A stretch of DNA of 64,000 bases from the NCBI GenBank assembly GCA_964016885.1, contig OZ024752.1:23870001-23934000 (forward strand). Direction: 5' to 3'. Shown here piece by piece: positions 34,847 to 46,720 of this stretch. This stretch comes from Eledone cirrhosa (lineage: Eukaryota). The notes under the pieces are model-generated. The model was not told the DNA's origin, made no database searches, and was given only the letters and a program-made list of their open reading frames with translations. Position numbers and translations under genes: made by a program. How positions within the stretch are numbered: position 1 is the first letter of the stretch; each line of letters opens with the position of its first letter.

Positions 34847-37800
34847 GTGAATATAGACATAGAATATTCGAAAATATTCTGTATGTTTATAATAAACATT
34901 TTGAAGACCTAATCGCTATAGAATAGAATACGTCATGTATTACAATTAGATTCTCGATAAAAGCAAGGGAAGTAATCTACGCGTTTCATTCTTATTAGAA
35001 ATCTTCAGGACTACATATCCAGTGCTTTTATCGAGAATGACACAGCTAGAGACTTATAGAATACTTAGCTGTGTACAGGAACTGGTTTGAAAGAGCGGTT
35101 GCCGGTCCGGCAGAAATTAGAAATTGGAATATATGCTCTGAAATAGCGATATATATGTGAATATAGACATAGAATATTCGAAAATATTCTGTATGTTTAT
35201 AATAAACGTTTTGAAGACCTAATCGCTATAGAATAGAATACGTCATGTATTACAATTAGATTCTCGATAAAAGCAAGGGAAGTAATCTACGCGTTTCATT
35301 CTTATTAGAAATCTTCAGGACTACATATCCAGTGCTTTTATCGAGAATGACACAGCTAGAGACTTATAGAATACTTAGCTGTGTACAGGAACTGGTTTGA
35401 AAGAGCGGTTGCCGGTCCGGCAGAAATTAGAAATTGGAATATATGCTCTGAAATAGCGATATATATGTGAATATAGACATAGAATATTCGAAAATATTCT
35501 GTATGTTTATAATAAACATTTTGAAGACCTAATCGCTATAGAATAGAATACGTCATGTATTACAATTAGATTCTCGATAAAAGCAAGGGAAGTAATCTAC
35601 GCGTTTCATTCTTATTAGAAATCTTCAGGACTACATATCCAGTGCTTTTATCGAGAATGACACAGCTAGAGACTTATAGAATACTTAGCTGTGTACAGGA
35701 ACTGGTTTGAAAGAGCGGTTGCCGGTCCGGCAGAAATTAGAAATTGGAATATATGCTCTGAAATAGCGATATATATGTGAATATAGACATAGAATATTCG
35801 AAAATATTCTGTATGTTTATAATAAACATTTTGAAGACCTAATCGCTATAGAATAGAATACGTCATGTATTACAATTAGATTCTCGATAAAAGCAAGGGA
35901 AGTAATCTACGCGTTTCATTCTTATTAGAAATCTTCAGGACTACATATCCAGTGCTTTTATCGAGAATGACACAGCTAGAGACTTATAGAATACTTAGCT
36001 GTGTACAGGAACTGGTTTGAAAGAGCGGTTGCCGGTCCGGCAGAAATTAGAAATTGGAATATATGCTCTGAAATAGCGATATATATGTGAATATAGACAT
36101 AGAATATTCGAAAATATTCTGTATGTTTATAATAAACGTTTTGAAGACCTAATCGCTATAGAATAGAATACGTCATGTATTACAATTAGATTCTCGATAA
36201 AAGCAAGGGAAGTAATCTACGCGTTTCATTCTTATTAGAAATCTTCAGGACTACATATCCAGTGCTTTTATCGAGAATGACACAGCTAGAGACTTATAGA
36301 ATACTTAGCTGTGTACAGGAACTGGTTTGAAAGAGCGGTTGCCGGTCCGGCAGAAATTAGAAATTGGAATATATGCTCTGAAATAGCGATATATATGTGA
36401 ATATAGACATAGAATATTCGAAAATATTCTGTATGTTTATAATAAACATTTTGAAGACCTAATCGCTATAGAATAGAATACGTCATGTATTACAATTAGA
36501 TTCTCGATAAAAGCAAGGGAAGTAATCTACGCGTTTCATTCTTATTAGAAATCTTCAGGACTACATATCCAGTGCTTTTATCGAGAATGACACAGCTAGA
36601 GACTTATAGAATACTTAGCTGTGTACAGGAACTGGTTTGAAAGAGCGGTTGCCGGTCCGGCAGAAATTAGAAATTGGAATATATGCTCTGAAATAGCGAT
36701 ATATATGTGAATATAGACATAGAATATTCGAAAATATTCTGTATGTTTATAATAAACATTTTGAAGACCTAATCGCTATAGAATAGAATACGTCATGTAT
36801 TACAATTAGATTCTCGATAAAAGCAAGGGAAGTAATCTACGCGTTTCATTCTTATTAGAAATCTTCAGGACTACATATCCAGTGCTTTTATCGAGAATGA
36901 CACAGCTAGAGACTTATAGAATACTTAGCTGTGTACAGGAACTGGTTTGAAAGAGCGGTTGCCGGTCCGGCAGAAATTAGAAATTGGAATATATGCTCTG
37001 AAATAGCGATATATATGTGAATATAGACATAGAATATTCGAAAATATTCTGTATGTTTATAATAAACATTTTGAAGACCTAATCGCTATAGAATAGAATA
37101 CGTCATGTATTACAATTGATTCTCGATAAAAGCAAGGGAAGTAATCTACGCGTTTCATTCTTATTAGAAATCTTCAGGACTACATATCCAGTGCTTTTAT
37201 CGAGAATGACACAGCTAGAGACTTATAGAATACTTAGCTGTGTACAGGAACTGGTTTGAAAGAGCGGTTGCCGGTCCGGCAGAAATTAGAAATTGGAATA
37301 TATGCTCTGAAATAGCGATATATATGTGAATATAGACATAGAATATTCGAAAATATTCTGTATGTTTATAATAAACATTTTGAAGACCTAATCGCTATAG
37401 AATAGAATACGTCATGTATTACAATTAGATTCTCGATAAAAGCAAGGGAAGTAATCTACGCGTTTCATTCTTATTAGAAATCTTCAGGACTACATATCCA
37501 GTGCTTTTATCGAGAATGACACAGCTAGAGACTTATAGAATACTTAGCTGTGTACAGGAACTGGTTTGAAAGAGCGGTTGCCGGTCCGGCAGAAATTAGA
37601 AATTGGAATATATGCTCTGAAATAGCGATATATATGTGAATATAGACATAGAATATTCGAAAATATTCTGTATGTTTATAATAAACATTTTGAAGACCTA
37701 ATCGCTATAGAATAGAATACGTCATGTATTACAATTAGATTCTCGATAAAAGCAAGGGAAGTAATCTACGCGTTTCATTCTTATTAGAAATCTTCAGGAC

Positions 37801-40800
37801 TACATATCCAGTGCTTTTATCGAGAATGACACAGCTAGAGACTTATAGAATACTTAGCTGTGTACAGGAACTGGTTTGAAAGAGCGGTTGCCGGTCCGGC
37901 AGAAATTAGAAATTGGAATATATGCTCTGAAATAGCGATATATATGTGAATATAGACATAGAATATTCGAAAATATTCTGTATGTTTATAATAAACATTT
38001 TGAAGACCTAATCGCTATAGAATAGAATACGTCATGTATTACAATTAGATTCTCGATAAAAGCAAGGGAAGTAATCTACGCGTTTCATTCTTATTAGAAA
38101 TCTTCAGGACTACATATCCAGTGCTTTTATCGAGAATGACACAGCTAGAGACTTATAGAATACTTAGCTGTGTACAGGAACTGGTTTGAAAGAGCGGTTG
38201 CCGGTCCGGCAGAAATTAGAAATTGGAATATATGCTCTGAAATAGCGATATATATGTGAATATAGACATAGAATATTCGAAAATATTCTGTATGTTTATA
38301 ATAAACATTTTGAAGACCTAATCGCTATAGAATAGAATACGTCATGTATTACAATTAGATTCTCGATAAAAGCAAGGGAAGTAATCTACGCGTTTCATTC
38401 TTATTAGAAATCTTCAGGACTACATATCCAGTGCTTTTATCGAGAATGACACAGCTAGAGACTTATAGAATACTTAGCTGTGTACAGGAACTGGTTTGAA
38501 AGAGCGGTTGCCGGTCCGGCAGAAATTAGAAATTGGAATATATGCTCTGAAATAGCGATATATATGTGAATATAGACATAGAATATTCGAAAATATTCTG
38601 TATGTTTATAATAAACATTTTGAAGACCTAATCGCTATAGAATAGAATACGTCATGTATTACAATTAGATTCTCGATAAAAGCAAGGGAAGTAATCTACG
38701 CGTTTCATTCTTATTAGAAATCTTCAGGACTACATATCCAGTGCTTTTATCGAGAATGACACAGCTAGAGACTTATAGAATACTTAGCTGTGTACAGGAA
38801 CTGGTTTGAAAGAGCGGTTGCCGGTCCGGCAGAAATTAGAAATTGGAATATATGCTCTGAAATAGCGATATATATGTGAATATAGACATAGAATATTCGA
38901 AAATATTCTGTATGTTTATAATAAACATTTTGAAGACCTAATCGCTATAGAATAGAATACGTCATGTATTACAATTAGATTCTCGATAAAAGCAAGGGAA
39001 GTAATCTACGCGTTTCATTCTTATTAGAAATCTTCAGGACTACATATCCAGTGCTTTTATCGAGAATGACACAGCTAGAGACTTATAGAATACTTAGCTG
39101 TGTACAGGAACTGGTTTGAAAGAGCGGTTGCCGGTCCGGCAGAAATTAGAAATTGGAATATATGCTCTGAAATAGCGATATATATGTGAATATAGACATA
39201 GAATATTCGAAAATATTCTGTATGTTTATAATAAACATTTTGAAGACCTAATCGCTATAGAATAGAATACGTCATGTATTACAATTAGGTTCTCGATAAA
39301 AGCAAGGGAAGTAATCTACGCGTTTCATTCTTATTAGAAATCTTCAGGACTACATATCCAGTGCTTTTATCGAGAATGACACAGCTAGAGACTTATAGAA
39401 TACTTAGCTGTGTACAGGAACTGGTTTGAAAGAGCGGTTGCCGGTCCGGCAGAAATTAGAAATTGGAATATATGCTCTGAAATAGCGATATATATGTGAA
39501 TATAGACATAGAATATTCGAAAATATTCTGTATGTTTATAATAAACATTTTGAAGACCTAATCGCTATAGAATAGAATACGTCATGTATTACAATTAGAT
39601 TCTCGATAAAAGCAAGGGAAGTAATCTACGCGTTTCATTCTTATTAGAAATCTTCAGGACTACATATCCAGTGCTTTTATCGAGAATGACACAGCTAGAG
39701 ACTTATAGAATACTTAGCTGTGTACAGGAACTGGTTTGAAAGAGCGGTTGCCGGTCCGGCAGAAATTAGAAATTGGAATATATGCTCTGAAATAGCGATA
39801 TATATGTGAATATAGACATAGAATATTCGAAAATATTCTGTATGTTTATAATAAACATTTTGAAGACCTAATCGCTATAGAATAGAATACGTCATGTATT
39901 ACAATTAGATTCTCGATAAAAGCAAGGGAAGTAATCTACGCGTTTCATTCTTATTAGAAATCTTCAGGACTACATATCCAGTGCTTTTATCGAGAATGAC
40001 ACAGCTAGAGACTTATAGAATACTTAGCTGTGTACAGGAACTGGTTTGAAAGAGCGGTTGCCGGTCCGGCAGAAATTAGAAATTGGAATATATGCTCTGA
40101 AATAGCGATATATATGTGAATATAGACATAGAATATTCGAAAATATTCTGTATGTTTATAATAAACATTTTGAAGACCTAATCGCTATAGAATAGAATAC
40201 GTCATGTATTACAATTAGATTCTCGATAAAAGCAAGGGAAGTAATATACGCGTTTCATTCTTATTAGAAATCTTCAGGACTACATATCCAGTGCTTTTAT
40301 CGAGAATGACACAGCTAGAGACTTATAGAATACTTAGCTGTGTACAGGAACTGGTTTGAAAGAGCGGTTGCCGGTCCGGCAGAAATTAGAAATTGGAATA
40401 TATGCTCTGAAATAGCGATATATATGTGAATATAGACATAGAATATTCGAAAATATTCTGTATGTTTATAATAAACATTTTGAAGACCTAATCGCTATAG
40501 AATAGAATACGTCATGTATTACAATTAGATTCTCGATAAAAGCAAGGGAAGTAATCTACGCGTTTCATTCTTATTAGAAATCTTCAGGACTACATATCCA
40601 GTGCTTTTATCGAGAATGACACAGCTAGAGACTTATAGAATACTTAGCTGTGTACAGGAACTGGTTTGAAAGAGCGGTTGCCAGTCCGGCAGAAATTAGA
40701 AATTGGAATATATGCTCTGAAATAGCGATATATATGTGAATATAGACATAGAATATTCGAAAATATTCTGTATGTTTATAATAAACATTTTGAAGACCTA

Positions 40801-41218
40801 ATCGCTATAGAATAGAATACGTCATGTATTACAATTAGATTCTCGATAAAAGCAAGGGAAGTAATCTACGCGTTTCATTCTTATTAGAAATCTTCAGGAC
40901 TACATATCCAGTGCTTTTATCGAGAATGACACAGCTAGAGACTTATAGAATACTTAGCTGTGTACAGGAACTGGTTTGAAAGAGCGGTTGCCGGTCCGGC
41001 AGAAATTAGAAATTGGAATATATGCTCTGAAATAGCGATATATATGTGAATATAGACATAGAATATTCGAAAATATTCTGTATGTTTATAATAAACATTT
41101 TGAAGACCTAATCGCTATAGAATAGAATACGTCATGTATTACAATTAGATTCTCGATAAAAGCAAGGGAAGTAATCTACGCGTTTCATTCTTATTAGAAA
41201 TCTTCAGGACTACATATC
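34847..41218 (-). mobile_element. 310-bp tandem array, ~20.5 near-identical units, HHR on minus strand (non-LTR retrozyme-like), left arm
   Basis: gtgaatatagacat recurs every 310 bp from 34847; each unit has gtaatc-tac-gc-gtttc..tcttcag-gactac. Confidence 0.93.
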
Positions 41219-41227
41219 TAATTATAC

Positions 41228-43169
41228 AGAATCTAATTGTAATACATGACGTATTCTATTCTATAGCGATTAGGTCTTCAAAATGTTTATTATAAACATA
41301 CAGAATATTTTCGAATATTCTATGTCTATATTCACATATATATCGCTATTTCAGAGCATATATTCCAATTTCTAATTTCTGCCGGACCGGCAACCGCTCT
41401 TTCAAACCAGTTCCTGTACACAGCTAAGTATTCTATAAGTCTCTAGCTGTGTCATTCTCGATAAAAGCACTGGATATGTAGTCCTGAAGATTTCTAATAA
41501 GAATGAAACGCGTAGATTACTTCCCTTGCTTTTATCGAGAATCTAATTGTAATACATGACGTATTCTATTCTATAGCGATTAGGTCTTCAAAATGTTTAT
41601 TATAAACATACAGAATATTTTCGAATATTCTATGTCTATATTCACATATATATCGCTATTTCAGAGCATATATTCCAATTTCTAATTTCTGCCGGACCGG
41701 CAACCGCTCTTTCAAACCAGTTCCTGTACACAGCTAAGTATTCTATAAGTCTCTAGCTGTGTCATTCTCGATAAAAGCACTGGATATGTAGTCCTGAAGA
41801 TTTCTAATAAGAATGAAACGCGTAGATTACTTCCCTTGCTTTTATCGAGAATCTAATTGTAATACATGACGTATTCTATTCTATAGCGATTAGGTCTTCA
41901 AAATGTTTATTATAAACATACAGAATATTTTCGAATATTCTATGTCTATATTCACATATATATCGCTATTTCAGAGCATATATTCCAATTTCTAATTTCT
42001 GCCGGACCGGCAACCGCTCTTTCAAACCAGTTCCTGTACACAGCTAAGTATTCTATAAGTCTCTAGCTGTGTCATTCTCGATAAAAGCACTGGATATGTA
42101 GTCCTGAAGATTTCTAATAAGAATGAAACGCGTAGATTACTTCCCTTGCTTTTATCGAGAACCTAATTGTAATACATGACGTATTCTATTCTATAGCGAT
42201 TAGGTCTTCAAAATGTTTATTATAAACATACAGAATATTTTCGAATATTCTATGTCTATATTCACATATATATCGCTATTTCAGAGCATATATTCCAATT
42301 TCTAATTTCTGCCGGACCGGCAACCGCGATAAAAGCACTGGATATGTAGTCCTGAAGATTTCTAATAAGAATGAAACGCGTAGATTACTTCCCTTGCTTT
42401 TATCGAGAATCTAATTGTAATACATGACGTATTCTATTCTATAGCGATTAGGTCTTCAAAATGTTTATTATAAACATACAGAATATTTTCGAATATTCTA
42501 TGTCTATATTCACATATATATCGCTATTTCAGAGCATATATTCCAATTTCTAATTTCTGCCGGACCGGCAACCGCTCTTTCAAACCAGTTCCTGTACACA
42601 GCTAAGTATTCTATAAGTCTCTAGCTGTGTCATTCTCGATAAAAGCACTGGATATGTAGTCCTGAAGATTTCTAATAAGAATGAAACGCGTAGATTACTT
42701 CCCTTGCTTTTATCGAGAATCTAATTGTAATACATGACGTATTCTATTCTATAGCGATTAGGTCTTCAAAATGTTTATTATAAACATACAGAATATTTTC
42801 GAATATTCTATGTCTATATTCACATATATATCGCTATTTCAGAGCATATATTCCAATTTCTAATTTCTGCCGGACCGGCAACCGCTCTTTCAAACCAGTT
42901 CCTGTACACAGCTAAGTATTCTATAAGTCTCTAGCTGTGTCATTCTCGATAAAAGCACTGGATATGTAGTCCTGAAGATTTCTAATAAGAATGAAACGCG
43001 TAGATTACTTCCCTTGCTTTTATCGAGAATCTAATTGTAATACATGACGTATTCTATTCTATAGCGATTAGGTCTTCAAAATGTTTATTATAAACATACA
43101 GAATATTTTCGAATATTCTATGTCTATATTCACATATATATCGCTATTTCAGAGCATATATTCCAATTT
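41228..43169 (+). mobile_element. Inverted right arm of the 310-bp array, ~6.5 units, one with a 62-bp deletion near 42327
   Basis: Reverse complement of the unit; 9-nt filler at junction 41219-41227; one period of 248 bp. Confidence 0.93.
41478..41520 (+). ncRNA. Minimal type I hammerhead ribozyme (one per 310-bp unit; first left-arm copy 34972-35014 on minus strand)
   Basis: GUAGUC-CUGAAGA-UUUCUAAUAAGAAU-GAAAC-GC-GUA-GAUUAC; stem I 6 bp; stem III is the palindrome ACGCGU. Confidence 0.88.
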
Positions 43170-43341
43170 ATAATATATATATATATATAACATATATATA
43201 TATATATAATATATATATATATATAACATATATATATATATAATATATATATATATATATTATATATATATATATATAATATATATATATATATTATATA
43301 TATATATAATATATATATATATATAACATATATATATATAT

Positions 43342-43373
<32 letters not shown>

Positions 43374-43435
43374 ATAATATATATATTATATATATATATA
43401 TATATTATATATATATATAATATATATATATATGT

Positions 43436-43467
<32 letters not shown>

Positions 43468-43533
43468 ATAATATATATATATATATAACATATATATATA
43501 TTATATATATATATATATATTATATATATATAT

Positions 43534-43565
<32 letters not shown>

Positions 43566-43586
43566 ATATATATTATATATATATAT

Positions 43587-43618
<32 letters not shown>

Positions 43619-43690
43619 ATAACATATATATATATATATTATATATATATATATATATTATATATATATATAACATATATATATATATAT

Positions 43691-43745
<55 letters not shown>

Positions 43746-43817
43746 ATAACATATATATATATATATTATATATATATATATATATTATATATATATATAA
43801 CATATATATATATATAT

Positions 43818-43872
<55 letters not shown>

Positions 43873-43877
43873 ATAAC

Positions 43878-43908
<31 letters not shown>

Positions 43909-43919
43909 ATATATATATA
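43170..43919. repeat. (TA)n tract
   Basis: Direct reading. Confidence 0.97.
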
Positions 43920-44435
43920 CTAGCAGTAAAGCCCGGCGTTGCTCGGGGTCGCTCAGTAGCTGTGTTAAAGTTACAATGTTAAGTTTCTTTTTTGGCTTAA
44001 AAACTGTAGGTTCTACTGTGCAGACTTGCATGTGGTGTTTTTGATTAATATTCCCTCAACCAACAATATGCCTTATGAAGTTAAGAAAACATAACGATAA
44101 CCCGAATGTTATAACAAAAGAGGATGCTGGGGATAAAAACTGCACTGGTTATTTATTAACAAAGACTGAGAAAGCCAGCGTAATTTTTTACGTAAGACGC
44201 TCAATGTAAACAGAACAAAGGGAAATAACTGATAACTTACGCTCAAAAATCGATACATTATATTCGATTTCGTCACATAGGGTGGGTCAATTTGAAATTT
44301 TTTTTTTCCGATGTCTTCGCTAGGGCTGAATGTACAAGTCTCGCAATTTCGGTGCAATTCCGTGAGAGATTCTAAGAGGAGATGTGTGCCAAAAATCGAT
44401 AGACAGACAGACAACCACAGTTTTATATATATAGA
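43920..44435 (-). mobile_element. Non-autonomous Helitron, 516 bp
   Basis: Minus strand A|TC...CTAG|T termini; subterminal GC hairpin cccgagcaacgccggg; (GTCT)n near 5' end. Confidence 0.8.
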
Positions 44436-44436
44436 T

Positions 44437-44491
<55 letters not shown>

Positions 44492-44493
44492 AT

Positions 44494-44551
<58 letters not shown>

Positions 44552-44790
44552 ATATATAACATATATATATATATATATATATAACATATATATATAACAT
44601 ATATATATATATATATATATAACATATATATATATATATATATAACATATATATATATATATATATAACATATATATATATATAACATATATATATATAT
44701 ATATAACATATATATATATATATATAACATATATATATATATATATATAACATATATATATATATATATATATAACATACATATATATAT
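44436..44790. repeat. (TA)n tract
   Basis: Direct reading. Confidence 0.97.
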
Positions 44791-45995
44791 ATAATAAACA
44801 ATACAATATAATTACCTCATTACCAGAGGTTTCCCGAATAAGACGAATACAAGAAACGTCCTCATTCGTTCGTCAGACTATGCGTGTGAGCATGCATGTG
44901 TGTGTATGCGTGTTTGTATATGTATACGAATGCATTCGTATGTGCGCGTGTGTGTGTATATGTGTTTTTATATCTGTTTTTTGCATACTTATATATATAT
45001 GTGTGTGTGTATATGTATATGTATATATATATGTATATATGTATGTGTATATATATATAGTCGCGTGCGTGCGTGTGATTAGATGTACATGTACGTATAT
45101 ATATATATGTGCTTCGTGTGTATGTATGCGCGCCTTTGTATGTGTGTACGCATGTATGTGCTTTTGTCTGTACGTATTTATATATATATATTTATATATA
45201 TATATGTGTATGTTTTCTATTTTTTCTAGTGTAACTTTATAATTGAGAAGCTCTCCCTCTCACTTTCTCTTTGATTTAATTTTTTTATTCTCATATATTT
45301 TTTTTATTTTTTTATTTTTTCATTTTTTCATTTTCATATTATATATATGTATCGACCTTCAGCCTGACACTGCTTTGACTGATACACTCCCTTCCCTGTA
45401 TATATCACTTGCATGTACGTGGTTGCGCGTGTGTGTGTGTTTATACGCGTGCTTCCATACTTGTATGTGTATATATTTCAATCCTTAGTACCTGAGTCTG
45501 TATGTACGTTAACTCTATTATCTTACAATTTCTTTTTTCAACATATATTATATACGTATTTGTGGTCACACATACACTGATATGCTTGCCCTCATGTATG
45601 TACTTGCGCACACATTTTTTCACTATACACATGCATTAGTACATACACACATATGTACATTTGTGAGTGCATATACACACATTTATACACATACCCTAAC
45701 TATATATCCTTATTTTATTTTTATATATCTCTTGCATTACTTTTATTTATATATTTTTTTGCCCGTTAAACTTTTGCCTTTCTTGAGATTTTTCAAATAT
45801 TTCACTGTTTTAAATTGCCTTGTCTGACGAACGAATGAGGACATTTCTTGTATTCGTCTTATTCGGGAAACCTCTGGTAATGAGGTAATTATATTGTATT
45901 GTTTATTATACATTATACATTAAACTCTGGTACTTACTTAGAGCACTCTTCACTCCTATGACTTTTTCAATTTTCAACGGAAACTTAAATACTTA
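44791..45995 (+). mobile_element. ORF-less PLE-type element (family D): pLTR with HHR and short inverted copy
   Basis: 44791-44878 is the reverse complement of ~45822-45909; (TG/TA)-rich interior; ends in short (TA)n. Confidence 0.78.
45817..45886 (+). ncRNA. Type I hammerhead ribozyme
   Basis: GCCUUGU-CUGACGA-[CGAAUGAG..CUUAUUCG]-GAAAC-CUCUG-GUA-AUGAGGU. Confidence 0.78.
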
Positions 45996-46003
45996 TATAT
46001 ATG

Positions 46004-46035
46004 CGACTACAATAACAGCAACAGCACCATTGTCT

Positions 46036-46070
<35 letters not shown>

Positions 46071-46720
46071 GAAATGAAGATCAACAACAACGGCAGAAGC
46101 AGCAACAACAACAGCAACTACAACTACAACAGCGACAGCAACAACAACAACAGCAACAACACCACTGTCTGTGTTGAATATGTGTGTATGTATGTTATTA
46201 TAGTCGCAACAGCACCACCACCATCGTCTGCAGCAGCAGCATCAGTGAAATGAAGAACAACAACGGCAGCAGCAGCAACAACAACAACAATAACAACGAC
46301 AGCAACAACAACTTTCACCACCATCACTGACACTACCCACCATACTGACACCACCCTCCACCTTCACCACCACCACAACCATCACCATCACCATCACTGG
46401 CACCATCCACCACCACCGCCATCACCACCATCACTAACACCATCCAGCAACACAACAACCACCACCACCATCACTCGCACCATCCACCACCACCGCCATC
46501 ACCACCACCATCCACCACCTTCACCACCACCACTACTACCACCGCCACCATCACTGGCACCATACACCACCACCACCATCGCCACCATCAGTCAACATCC
46601 ACCACCATCACCATCACTGACACCATCCACCCCCTCCACCACTACCACCACCATCACTGACACATCCACCACCATCACCATCACTAACACCATCCACCAT
46701 CACCACCATCACTGACACCA
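46004..46720. repeat. Compound (CAG/CAA/CAC/CAT)n simple repeat
   Basis: Direct reading. Confidence 0.92.

Noticed and set aside
34847-35160. Second, opposite-polarity hammerhead in the 310-bp unit (TTGAAGA and GAAA..ATA on the plus strand)
   Set aside because: Could not form stems I and II around these fragments
34847-43169. CRISPR-like array or coding repeat
   Set aside because: Units are identical with no unique spacers, no cas genes and no ORF; eukaryotic context
46004-46720. Poly-Q/H/T coding exon
   Set aside because: Simple trinucleotide repeat with no supported ORF or splice context
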